Below the pieces are notes generated by a model. It worked only from the letters and a program-made list of their open reading frames with translations. It was not told the origin of the DNA and did no database searches. From assembly GCA_977017645.1 (NCBI GenBank), contig OZ360223.1:47368001-47432000 (forward strand): a DNA stretch of 64,000 bases, in the 5' to 3' direction. This DNA comes from Torpedo marmorata. Its lineage: Eukaryota. Shown one piece after another: positions 26,453-38,690 of this stretch (position 1 is its first letter; the number at the start of each line of letters is the position of its first letter). The position numbers were made by a program, and so were the translations under genes.

Positions 26453-29400
26453 TATATTTGTAGAAATATATATGGAATTTAGATTTATTCAGGTCAATTA
26501 TTAGAATATAGCTAAAAAATCATAAAAGTTGTTATTCAAGCATTTGAAGGCTTCAGTTCAAGTAGAACTGTAGTCATTTATATTGAAACTAACAGGGTCA
26601 AATGTAGGTCTAACTGCATGTACGTTTTAATACATGCAAGGGATAAACATTATCTTTTCATGTGGTGTAGTTTCAGTAAGTTGTCTGTTTGTATTGTTAT
26701 TATTGGGTCAGACAGTGAGACAACAGTAGCTTGCAGTCAGTCAGAGAGTAAAAAGCAAATGTGATTCAGATGTTACAGGACAGCCTGAAGGTCAAGACTG
26801 ACAGAATGACAAGCTGTCATAAAGAAGAAACTAACTAGCTGGTATCCAAGGCTCCAGTATACTGAAATGGTCTTACTATTTGATCAATCTCAATGAGGAA
26901 AGTAACAAAAGCTTCTGTGCAAAAAAATTGAATGTTATTATATGCAAACCTTATATGATTTTTAAAAATTGATTGACCCCTTCCACCTCACCCCCCCCCC
27001 CCCACAATTCCCTCCACTCTTTTTTGGAGAGACAGCATTTATAAAACTGAAGAGCAGTCAGTTCATTTAAAATAATGAAATATGGCAACTATTATGAATG
27101 GAACAGACAATGAGTTTTTAAAATATTTCTTTACTTGGTCTAAATCATCTATATAAAATAATGCAGGATACCACAGGAAGAACATTACAAATCTGTATAA
27201 AAAGTATTTATTCTCTCTTTTATGAATAAAATATCGACAGTGTTGTTCTGTTAATGGATGGTAGTTTGCTGTTGCATTAGTTTAGTCTTCATAATTCAAA
27301 TTTTGTATTTATAATTGAATCAACATTTATACTGTATATAAAAAATGTAACTTTGCTTGCTAAATAATGTTAAAGTTTCTTTCTTGGCAGTTATTTTGGA
27401 AGTAGGATCCTGAGCCATAAAAGCTATAACAAATAGTATATCAAGGGCTTGATTATCTGTAAATTTTGACAAAAACCATTGGAAATTTTATTATTTGTGA
27501 CATGGCCTGAGATAGGAGGCTGTGAGGAGAGTGAAGCTGACAGAACTGGTGCTAACCACTGTGACAAAGACTTGAAAAGCAACCAACATGACATCTTTCC
27601 TATCACGCTGCCGAAAATGTCATCTTTGTGAACGGCAGTGAGAAAATGTTTTGCCGAAGTTTTGAAAGGTAGAGTCGAAAGACGCTCATCATGTCAGATG
27701 TAATATAGTCCACTGCTGTTTGAGAAAGGAAATCCTAGTGGTCATGACGGTTTTCAGTTGGCAGGCCCTCCGAGACATGGAAACCACTCCCAATTGACTA
27801 CAATTGACTTGTAGATTGTACACTCTTGTGGTCAAATGCATAGCTCTCAACACTGGTCTTACCACGTAATAACATCTTGGCATCTGCTTCAGGAAAAACT
27901 TAAATTTTTCCAATAATCATGAGATATTACGATGTAACATCGAAATCTGTTCCAATTTGTCATTTATGGGCTTTATTTCACAACACAGTCCCTTTTAATT
28001 GGGTAGTGAAGGTGTATGTTCTTGACTCTCCTAAAGAAAATCGTGTCCATTTTGTGAGCAACATTATAAATGTAATGCATTACAGGTTTATCACAGCTGT
28101 TATATTAAGCAGTCAAATATTTTGTATCTGAATATGATAGAAGGGATTTCCATTCTGGTGAAAAATTAATGTTCGCACTAAGTGGTGGTATGTTTTTGTT
28201 ATTACTAATGTAATAACTTTCTCTTTATTGTTAGGTAACAGTTCAAATTTCAAAGTGTGATCACATCCTTTTCTATATGAATAAAAAGAAAATGCTTTGC
28301 GGGCACTTTTAATCTTTGTAAACTTGAGTCCAATGTGTTTTTAATCAATGCACTTGTATAAATAAATCTCTGTATTTTTGAAACATCTTGAAAATACAAC
28401 CACATTTATAATAATTTCTCTGATTTTTTTTTTAAAGAAAAAATCTTGCTCCTTTAAGCTTCTACAAAAAGTGCAAAAAAAAATTGCTTTTCAAGCTCCA
28501 CAGTACAATCTCAATGTGGGATGATTTGTGGTATTAACATCTTTTTACCTGATTGGTCACTGCAGCACTGCAGTATAGATTGTAATTTCTGAGCCTAAGG
28601 TCACAATTGATGCTAGCAAATAAAGAGAAATAAAGCTGACCAATTAACCCCTGACAGGAGGTTTATTAGAGGCTCTGTAATCCTTTATCATGCTTTTGTG
28701 TTGCCAAACAGGCTGGTGCTGAGGATTTACACAGCTTAAAATGTACACTGAAGGAGGCCTATGGAAAAGGACTGTTTATTCTATTCACAGTCTACTCACA
28801 GTGCAGAAAGGGAGACTGAGCTAGTGTAGGCTGGGTAGTAGAGTACAAATCCCTCTAGTCATTTGATTGAAGAACCTGGTAATGTTGTTTGGGCTGTTGC
28901 TTCCTTTCGTGAAAGGATTAAGTCGGCTTCTTTCCTTCTTATTATGGATTATTGGCTGGTGTAAATAGTTAGGAGCTATCCATTTTGTTTAATCTAAAGT
29001 TGTGAAATAATAAGGAAATGTTTATTTGTGCAGGACTTAATTTGTTCTCTTTTATAACATACACTTCATCATGAGCAATAGCCTGGGAAAAGCATCCACA
29101 TAGTTTTAATGTTCAGTTCCTTGCTTACTAAGTGCAAAAGGTCAAAAAGTAAAAAAAGAATATTTGAATTGACTATTGATGAAATGTTTTTAAATCTCTC
29201 TTTTTCTCAACTTCAATATCCATAAATATTTGGGGGTCAAAAATGCAGCATTTTTGTTTTAATTTCTTCAGATGAAGTGAACCCTTTGAACAATGAAAGG
29301 TTTAATCATATAGACAATTTATTACATCTCAAAATATGCTGTAAGGACTTTGATTGAAGCTACCAGAATCAATTTATTCCAGTTGTTGGCTGCCTGTCAG

Positions 29401-30346
29401 CCTCTGCAGCAACTAAGGTATCTCCTGAATGACACCATCAGTAAAATAAATGGCAATTTTACATCACTTTACTATCCTGATCAGAAAACTAGTGCAACCA
29501 AAACATTAGCAAACTGCCTTCTAACCACCATTACCATGCAACAGGTGTCCCTTGAGCAGAGGGGCATAAGCAACTATTTTAAAAGGATGTATTCCCACAT
29601 CAGCTGCATTTTGAACCAGAGTCAAAGGGTAGATTATTGTGTACCTTTGTGGGGGCCAGAGAAGCAGGTGCTTTCCTCCTCGATATCACAAAACAAAGCC
29701 GGTCCAAATCTTCCAGAACTTTACCCCCTACTCCCACCCCTCCACCCTATTCCCCACCCCACCCCCCCCCCCCGCCTACAACAATCTATCCTGTTCTACC
29801 TAAAGCCAGGTTGCTGGCTGCAGCCCACCACATTCTGGTGGGCCAGAGTTGCTGGTACATCTGCTTGGAAGGAAGGTCCATTCCAATGTCTTTTTAATCT
29901 ATGCAGCATTGTATCATTTTCTAGACCCACACTACATTAGATATCCCCGGGAGGACCCATTCACCAAATTTTAAACTCATGGCAAAATATAAAATATCCC
30001 ACTTTCTATATGTCTTATAGTCAGTAAACTGCTAAATAGTATTTATACTATTGCAATTATTCAGGTCTTATTGTAATTTAACATAAAACAAATAAAAGTG
30101 AATATAATTTGATTATAACTTGATAATCCATTTGCAATGTATTCAGGAACTGATTTAAAAGCAGGTTTGTCATGTGCAAGTGATTATATTAAGTCTCCTG
30201 CTTTGCTGGAGATTTAGCATAAAATGACAAAATGCTTTGTTCTACAATCCTAAATAGACATGTTTAAGTACTGAGCTGCAAGTTGCGAAAGGAAATGAAT
30301 GAACTTATGGAAGAAAGCAGCTAAATGTTCTTTCCCTTATCTCCAG

Positions 30347-30448
30347 GCCCGATGGAATAGGGACGGTAACAGTAGAAGAGAAAGAACGTTTTGAGGAGAT
30401 TAAGGCAAGACTGCGCTCACTACTCGAGAATCAGATCACTCATTTTAG
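30347..30448 (+). CDS. CADPS: CADPS core exon ([19 protein letters not shown]...QITHFR)
   Basis: ctccag acceptor, gtaaat donor, translation matches CAPS1. Confidence 0.97.
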
Positions 30449-30670
30449 GTAAATACAAGTAGATGAACTGTGAAGCTGGTTGATGTATTTTCTGCACATT
30501 CCAAGTAGTACATAAGGCTGTTTGATTTTCCGGATGAATACAGGAACTGGATATTAATCCAATATTATTTTTGTACTATCTCTGTGCATCTTCAAAGCAC
30601 CAGAAAAGAATTCACTCCAGCATCAACAAAAAGAGCACAAATTAGTGAGATTAAAAAAAACTGAAAGAAA

Positions 30671-30856
30671 GTGGATACCCACACAGGTCGTGCAGCATCT
30701 GTGGATACCCACACAGGTCGTGCAGCATCTGTGGATACCCACACAGGTCGTGCAGCATCTGTGGATACCCACACAGGTCGTGCAGCATCTGTGGATACCC
30801 ACACCAGGTCATGCAGCATCTGTGGATACCCACACCAGGTCATGTAGCATCTGTGG
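30671..30856. repeat. 30/31-bp minisatellite, about 6 units
   Basis: gtggatacccacacaggtcgtgcagcatct x4, then two 31-bp variant units. Confidence 0.95.
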
Positions 30857-32159
30857 GGAAAATTGTCAGAGTAGGTTGAAATTTTAATCCTCAGGGTGGA
30901 TTGGGATGGGTGCAAATCTTGCAAGTAAATACTAATTTTAAACGCTACCTTAACCCAGAATAGGCATGTGTATGATTTTAAAATCCTTTAAAATAACTGC
31001 ATCTTCTATTTTAACATCATTTTCACCTACACAAACCTAGTTTCTTGAGAGTGAGAAAACTCAGTATGTCAAAGAAGGAAGAGAAAATGGGTGAATCAGG
31101 GATAAAACTTTGCCTGAAACACAGCAATCTTCCCTGCAGAGACAGCTCACTAACCTCAAGATACAATTCATATCCTGCTGGAATCCTAGCTCCCTGAGAG
31201 CTCAAAGTGGCTCTTCTCCACTCCTTCTATACCATGCCCATCTTACATAACTTGCCATTCATTCCTTGTCTGCTTTCAACCCCAAACATACTCTTGAATC
31301 AAGCTGGCTGTTAGGAAGGTAGTCTGCTGAAAAGAAAATTACATGATATCCCATAGCTGATTTCTTGGCCGCCTCCTGAAAATGCATACTCAAAAGATGT
31401 CAGCCAAGAAACTTCCCCTCACCCACCTTCTGAGATTTTGAGTCAATGAAGCTTTCATTGGCCCTCAAATGTGGAAGTTCAGTAAGGTGATGTGTGCTTT
31501 AGTTGGATATTGCATGGGGATTTATAGTTGATGCAGAGGCACCATGAAACTCGGTTGTTATAACTACTGCTGCTAAATGAGCCTGCTGCTTGATCAGCCA
31601 TGTAGATCGAAGGACCTTCAGGTAGATTGGGTAGATTCCCCAGCCAAAAACACATCCCATTCACTTTCTTAGGGTGGCTGCTTACATAATGTTACCATCT
31701 TCATATCCAGAGTCAGATGATGGAGTGATAATACATCCTCTTCACTGCCATTTCACCCAACAGAATTTGCTGTGACATTCAGACCACAGACTTGTCAGAA
31801 ATGTCATGGGCAGACATTATTTCTATTGCAGTAGATGCGTGATAAGCATAGGTTCTTCCTTCTTGGGTTGTAAGATATCAGTGCTCAGTGGAGATACCAG
31901 TTCTGTGAATGCCAGAGAACAAACAGAAACCATTTCCCAGGTATCTGTTGGCAACTCAGTGTACATCCATCATACTGAAAACTATATTCAGTGTGGTGAT
32001 TACCCTCTAACTGAATTACTTTTATAAAACAATTACATCAAGGGAATCTTATGAGTCACCTTTGGCGTTACCTCAAACTTGAATTCTCTATAAAAAACAC
32101 AAATTCTGGAGAAACTCAGCAGGTCAAACAGTGTCTTTTATGTAGCAAAGGTAGAAATA

Positions 32160-32200
32160 CATAACCGACGTTTCGGGCTTGAGCCCTTCATCAAAGTATG
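32160..32200 (-). ncRNA. Second copy of the minimal hammerhead motif (antisense arm)
   Basis: gacgtttcgggcttgagcccttcatcaa at 32167-32194 is the exact reverse complement of 33090-33117. Confidence 0.7.
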
Positions 32201-33083
32201 AGAAAATGCCGGTAGGCGTCCGAACAAAAGAGTGAGGGGGAAGGGGGATGGCAAAGGCAGGAGATGATAGGTGGAGAAAGGAGGGAGGGGACAGCAGCAA
32301 AGAGGGGGAGGAGGGATGGCTAGGTAGCTGGAGAAAAACAGGAAGGACAGGTGAGGGGGGAGGGGAAGGGAACGACAAGCAGGTTTAGTGGAAAGCAGAA
32401 AAGTCAATGTTAATGCCATCTGGCTGGAGAGTGCCCAGACGGAATATGAGATGTTGTTCCTCCAATTTGCGGGTAGTCTGGGTGGGATAGTACATGAGGC
32501 CATGGACAGACATGTGAGTGTGGGAGTGTGACCCGGAATTGAAATGGTTGGCTACTGGGAGGTAGCTGTTGTTGCGGACGGAGAGAAGGTGCTCAGCAAA
32601 GCGGTCTCCGTCCGCAACAACGATTGGGAGACCGCTTTGCTGAGCACCTCCTCTCTGTCCGCAACAACGATTGGGAGACCGCTTTGCTGAGCACCTCCTC
32701 TCCGTCCGCAACAACAGCGACCTCCCAGTAGCCAAGCATTTCAATTCCGGGTCACATTCCCACACTCACATGTCTGTCCATGGCCTCATGTACTATCCCA
32801 CCCAGACTACCCGCAAATTGGAGGAACAACATCTCATTTTCCGTCTCGGCACTCTCCAGCCAGATGGCATTAACATTGACTTTTCTGCTTTCCACTAAAC
32901 CTGCTTGTCGTTCCCTTCCCCTCCCCCCTCACCTGTCCTTCCTGTTTTCCTCCAGCTACCTAGCCATCCCTCCTCCCCCTCTTTGCTGCTGTCCCCTCCC
33001 TCCTTTCTCCACCTATCATCTCCTGCCTTTGCCATCCCCCTTCCCCCCTCACTCTTTTGTTCGGACGCCTACCGGCATTTTCT

Positions 33084-33124
33084 CATACTTTGATGAAGGG
33101 CTCAAGCCCGAAACGTCGGTTATG
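33084..33124 (+). ncRNA. Minimal type-I hammerhead ribozyme motif of the Penelope-like element
   Basis: TTGATGA-A-GGGC(TCAA)GCCC-GAAAC-GTC with short stem I; minimal hammerheads are an established feature of PLE pLTRs; C3 is replaced by U. Confidence 0.7.
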
Positions 33125-34824
33125 TATTTCTACCTTTGCTACATAAAAGACACTGTTTGACCTGCTGAGTTTCTCCAGCATTTGTGTTTTTTACTTCAAC
33201 CACGGTGTCCACAGATTTTCGTGCTTTACTATTGAATTCTCTATGTAGAGCTGATTAGCGAACTAAATTGACTTAAGTGGTAAAGAATCCTTAATATCAA
33301 TAAGTTATTGCCAAGCTGCAATGCTCCTTCCTTGATGATATTTGCCAGTAACTACAGCTGCTATGGGCCAAAGGTGATATGGTCTTGTGGTAATTCTTCC
33401 AAAGAAACTATTTCAGCGAAGACACTAGCAGCGTGGAGCACTTACTGAGTAAGATTTAACTGGTTCCTTCTGCCTTCCATGAATTTATCTATCACAGAAG
33501 ACCATGACATTAATCTCCCACTGGTCAAGAGCAGTCTCTGTGATGTTCTGAGCCATTTTATCTCCAAGATACTTAAGTTATATCAGAATGTGAGGTCCAC
33601 TGTTGTTGAAAGGAATAGTGGCATAACATTGTCTTTGCATGATCTTTGTCCATTGAGAACAAATTGCTGCTGTGTTGTGATTAGCCAGTTAGTTCCATGC
33701 CGTAAAGTATGGAGGAAAATCACCAACTAATTAAATTTGTTCTGAGAGCTTCCTTCGTTGTGGTGCATCTAACGGTCCTCATGCACTGGCACTTGTGACT
33801 GTTCCTGATATTCCTCTGCAGGTTTTTCTTACTGTAGTCTCTCAAGTTGGGGTGAAGTGAGTGCACCTGTTGCCTGCAGTCACTGAGAAAGTGTGAAAAC
33901 CTGCTGGTGCATACTGCAATGCTCATGATTGGTGCATCAGCAGAATTTCATCTTGTGTATGCCAATAGCATTCTCCACCAGGGTTTCATTGGCATCAGAG
34001 TTCCATTGTGGCATTGTGCAGTTGAAGTTGACAGGATAGACAAGAGTTAAGGACTCATTCTCGAATATCCAGCCATTTAAAAAGCACTGCTGTAGTCAGT
34101 GAAATTGATTCCATAAGAATTAAGCAACCCTTTGAGATTACTGGGAAGGAGTCACTGAGTTTGAGAGAATTCAGTTCATAGTCAACCCTGACTTAAATAC
34201 TGAAGAGTAATCACTGTTGCAATTCATGAATAGCTCTGATAGCTCTGGGTTGGGGGGTGGGGTGGGGGGGTGGGTGGTGGCGGGGGGAGCCTAAATGTCA
34301 GTTTGATAAACTTTGGGCAAGCTGTCATCACTGGCAAATCCATCCAGTTGCTCCACACAAAGTAACAAGTAGAGAAATTCATCTGAGGAGAAAGCATAAG
34401 AGCCTCCCAAAGCCTGCAGAGATCAGCCAACTTTGAGATATGGTTTAGCTCAGCCGTGGCTGCCTGGAATGATCCAGGAGCTTGGTGGTATGGAGTCTCA
34501 GACGCTAAGGACAGAGCAGCTGGGAATGGCTGAAAGGCCACTTATATAGTGTTCCTTTACTTTGAGCAGTCGTCGGTTTAAGTTATTAGTCTCTGGAGAA
34601 CCCTACAGCAGCCTCAGAGTTTGAGCTCGCAGAGTGAGGGGAAACCTTTAAAAGATGCTGCCAGAGAATTGTGGAACCTGGCTGGTTTATCCAATGAGCA
34701 GCATCACCTATTTTTCTTTTACCAGCAATGCACTAAAACAGCATTACATGAGGATTGATCAAATTAGACCCACATCTGACATTGCAAGAGAATAAGCAAA
34801 TGAAAGGTCCTAATCAAATGAATT

Positions 34825-35150
34825 AAATTGTTTATTGTCATATGTATGTAGATACAGTGAAAATATTTGTTTTTGCAAGCCATCCAGGTAAATCAACCCA
34901 TACTTAAGTTCCACAGGTAGTGCCAAAATAAAACAAAAGTACAACAGAAAAATACAATTTAAACAATACAAGGGCCATGATGAGGTTGGGTTTGTGAGAT
35001 CAAGAGATCATCTTTTACAAACGAAAGGTCCATTCAAGGGTCTGATAACAGCGGGAAAGAAACTGTCCTTGAATCTGGTGGTACATGTTTTCATGTTTTC
35101 GTGTATCTTCTGCCATACTGGGGGGAGAGGTGAAGAGAATATGACCGGGA
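34825..35150 (-). mobile_element. Degraded Rex1/Babar-like LINE 3' fragment
   Basis: tttattgtca tail and gtctgataacagcgggaaagaaactgtccttgaatctggtggt, similar to 39700-39745. Confidence 0.6.
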
Positions 35151-35344
35151 GATGTTGAGAACAGAAATTACTGCAGTCACATCCCACTCCAAGTGAAATC
35201 AGTTTTCATTCATGTAAAGTTATTTATTTCTGTGTCCCACAATCAAATTTCTGCACAATTTTATGTTAGTTCTTGTTCTTTAAAAAGGTTATAATTATTA
35301 TTTGTAAGCAAGCTGCCCTCAAAAACCACACATCATAGAGCATA

Positions 35345-35850
35345 CAGTGCCCTCCATAATGTTTGGGACAAAGACACCTTTTTCCTTTATTTGTTCCTGT
35401 GCTCCACAGTTTTAAATTTGTAATCAAACAATTCACATAATTAAATTGCACATACCAGATTTTTCTCAAGGTTATTTGTATACATTTTGATTTGACCATG
35501 TAGAAATTACAGCACTTTTTATACATAGCCCCCTCATGTCAGGGCACCATAACGTTTGGGACATTTGGCTTCACAGGTGTTTGTCATTACTCAGGTATGT
35601 TTAATTGCTTCATTGGTGCAGGTAGAAGAGAGCTAGGCTTGCTTCTAACCTTTTGATCACCTTTACAGTCTGTAGTTGCCCTTTTTCTGCAGGAGGACCA
35701 GAGTTGTGCCAATGAAAGTCAAAGAAGCCATTATGAGGCTGAAAAACAAGAATAAAACAGTAAGAGACATTGCCCAAATGTTAGGATTACCAAAATCAAC
35801 TGTTTGGAACATCATTAAGAAGAAAGAGCGAAAATGGTGTGCTCAGTAAT
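35345..35850 (+). mobile_element. Tc1/mariner left end (IR/DR type) with transposase N-terminal HTH, truncated
   Basis: TA-CAGTGCCCTCCATAATGTTTGGGACA terminus, inner repeat ccataacgtttgggaca near 35546-35563, peptide KVKEAIMRLKNKNKTVRDIAQMLGLPKSTVWNIIKK. Confidence 0.85.
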
Positions 35851-35946
35851 CATATAAAGGGTCCCAATCTGAAACATTGGCTGACCATTTCTACCCATGG
35901 ATTCTGCATAACCACTGACTTCCTTCTGCAGCTCATTGTTTGCTCT
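35851..35946 (+). mobile_element. Penelope-like 3' end remnant abutting the Tc1 fragment
   Basis: taaagggtcccaatctgaaacattggctgaccatttctacccatggattctgc. Confidence 0.55.
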
Positions 35947-36128
35947 CCATCACTTCAATGATGACTATAAAATCTGGTTTATTGTGATGTCTAATTTGTT
36001 GCTGTTTTGTTAATCTATGCTAGTAAGAATGAGATTGTCCCCTGCATGGTGTTTTGTTTAGAGTCTATAAAGTTAACAGATTCATCTTGGCCAAATCATT
36101 GGCAATTAAAAGTTTATCTGTCCAACAG

Positions 36129-36192
36129 GTATTGCTTTCCATTTGGAAGACCCGAAGGTGCATTGAAGGCTACATTATCTCTCCTGGAGAGA
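36129..36192 (+). CDS. CADPS: CADPS core exon ([21 protein letters not shown])
   Basis: aacag acceptor, gtgagt donor, invariant CAPS peptide. Confidence 0.97.
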
Positions 36193-36950
36193 GTGAGTAG
36201 TTCTTAATTTATTGTTCAAATAATGTAAGTTCAAGTATCACAAGTAATTTACATATAATGTGCCAATCACATTTTTTAAAAGAGTGAAATTATAGCATCT
36301 TTCACGGCCCTTTTAGAATAACACAAGTGTTTTGAGGCTAATGAATAAAATACTTTTTGAGATGCACTGACTGTTGTAAAATGGAAAATGTGGCAACTAA
36401 CTTGCTCCCAGCAAGTGCCCACAAATAGGAAGCCTAATAACGTTGAGATGCAGTGTTTTTAGAAAATTTGATTTGGGCAAGGCCTCTTTACCACTCACTT
36501 CAGATAATGCCCTTAGACGCTTTATGTTTACCTGTGAAATCTGATCTCCTCAGTTTAATACTTCACCCCGAAGCTGATATCCCCTGACAGTTAAGCATAT
36601 CCCCAGTGTTACACTGGATTGCCAGTCCAGTTTTTATGTGCTCAAAGTTGCAGGAGTGGGTCTTGAATCCACAACCTTTTAACTCAAGGTGAGTAAGCAA
36701 CACATTCCAGTTCAGCCTACACTATATTTGCAGCATTATGGCGACATATACATTAAAATTCCTTTGCATACCAGAGTTATAAATTGCTAGCTCATCATCT
36801 TCAATGAACGTTTATTGCAGCCCTGTCTAGCTTTTTTCTGGTATCTGAAAAAGTTCCACAAGATGCGAGTAAAACGTGTGGTATATCCGTAACTTCCAAT
36901 GTTCATCAGGGTTTAATGTAATGCACTTGCATTTCTGACATTGAAAAAAG

Positions 36951-37074
36951 GTGCTGATGAAGGATATAGTAACCCCTGTTCCACAAGAAGAAGTTAAAGT
37001 TGTTATTCGGAAATGTTTGGAGAAAGCTGCACTAGTGAACTACACACGACTTTCTGAGTATGCCAAAATTGAAG
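36951..37074 (+). CDS. CADPS: CADPS core exon ([16 protein letters not shown]...EYAKIE)
   Basis: aaag acceptor, gtaagt donor, translation matches CAPS1. Confidence 0.97.
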
Positions 37075-38429
37075 GTAAGTCAGAGAGTTTCTTTATGTTA
37101 ACTAGATGAAACCCTTGGAGACACATTACCAAAAGTCCACATGGCAATGTTTTAGTTCAGAGATGTTGTAATGGTTAAACATATGTAGTCCTAAAACAAT
37201 ATACATTTATTCATAGGCAAATTGAATTCTTCTGTGTGAGTTATGGTTACTAAATATTATTAAAATTAATGGTCTGTCTTCAAAGCAAGCTTCAGGTTGT
37301 TAGACTGCTTGGTTTAAGTTTAAGTGAATGTAAGCAAATATCGGATCCAACAAGTGAACAATGTCATTTAGTTGCTGTAACCAATCTCTGAAAAGGGTTT
37401 ATTTAACCAACATTGAAAAAATGTACTCATTAATGATACATTTGAGAGTGCATTGCTCAAACACATAATATATACGGTACTTAAATCACAAAGACTATGA
37501 ATTATAAATTTCCATCATTAACATAATTGGCTCCATCTATTGGTTTAGAATTAGTTCATTTTTAGATAGACTGCTTAAATAATATTTTATTCCCATCTAC
37601 ATTTAAGGAAAGAGGGTAAACTTTTTTAGTGAAATTTGAATTTTTCACTAAAAATTGATCAGTCAATGCGAACATTGGGTCCACTGATAATTACCGGTAC
37701 ATACATCTCCTAGAAAACCTGTGATGTGTAAAATTGTGCAATGGTGAAACAATAATACCATAAACAACTTGTATTTATGCAGCAGTTCCAACAAACCAAG
37801 GTTCACCACAGACTGCTATCAAACAGATTTTGATACTGGGTCATACCATATCAAAAAGAGTGTATTAAAGAAGTGCAGGGTGATAAATGGGTGTAGAGGG
37901 AGTGAGGGAGTTCCAGAACCCAGCACCTCAGCAGTTGATAGCAACTGCTAACACTGAAATATCACAGAACAAGAGATAAGTGTGGAAGGGTACATGACTG
38001 AGTGATGTTGGGTTGGAGAAAATTTTGGAGACAGAGAGGGACAATGCCATGAAGGGATTTAAAAATGAGAATTTACAAATCAAATCACTGGTTAATCAAG
38101 AGCACAAAAGTTTTAGTGAATGAACATAACTTTTTGGATGAACTCATGTTTGCAGACAATAAAGAGAAATAAATAGAAAGAGGGGTCAAATCCACTGGAA
38201 TAGTCAAACCTAACAGTGTCAAAGGCAAAGATGATTGTTCATTAGCAGATGAGGTGATGCAAGGGGTAGAGCTGGATGAATTTCCAGAGACAAAAATAGT
38301 CTGTATTACAGGATCAGCACTGGCACCAAGGTTGCGATTAGCCACTACACCTCAGTTTTTGCCAGTAAGAAGAGTGGAGTTGGTAGATTTGTGATTTTGG
38401 TCTTTCCAATATTTTCTGGAATTAAATTG

Positions 38430-38690
38430 GAGTGACATAGCTAGTAGAGGTACTGCCTCGCAGTTCCGTCAACCCAGCTTTAGTCTAACTCTCCAGCTAC
38501 TCTCTGTCTGGAGTCTGCATGTTCTCCCTGTGACCATTTGGGTTTCCCCGAGGTATTCCGGTTTCTTCCCACACTCCAGCAAAGCACTGTATGTTGCCAC
38601 TAGTATCCAGGTGAGTGGTAGAATCCAGGTGGAGTTGATGGAATGTGGGGAGGATATATTATAGGGAACATTAGTGCGGGATGTAATGCT
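38430..38690 (+). mobile_element. Degenerate V-SINE
   Basis: ggagtctgcatgttctccctgtgacc...gggtttcccc...tccggtttcttcccaca V-domain. Confidence 0.65.

Larger units (their letters stand above)
32092..33231. mobile_element. Young Penelope-like insertion: inverted pseudo-LTR pair with GIY-YIG C-terminus, 13-bp TSD
   Basis: TSD ttgaattctctat (32079-32091 and 33232-33244); arms ~32092-32609 and ~32674-33192 are reverse complements; peptide GDRFAEHL...VAKHFN...RKLEEQHLIFRLGTLQPDGIN. Confidence 0.93.

Noticed and set aside
29350-29940. 196-aa ORF
   Set aside because: TTG start, no recognisable motif, crosses a poly-C tract, intronic; most likely chance
30671-30856. CRISPR-like 30-bp repeats
   Set aside because: Head-to-tail with no unique spacers, no cas genes, vertebrate intron; it is a minisatellite
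32124-33160. Mirror-image ORFs on both strands
   Set aside because: Consequence of the inverted repeat; only the GIY-YIG C-terminal frame is meaningful and it is a fragment
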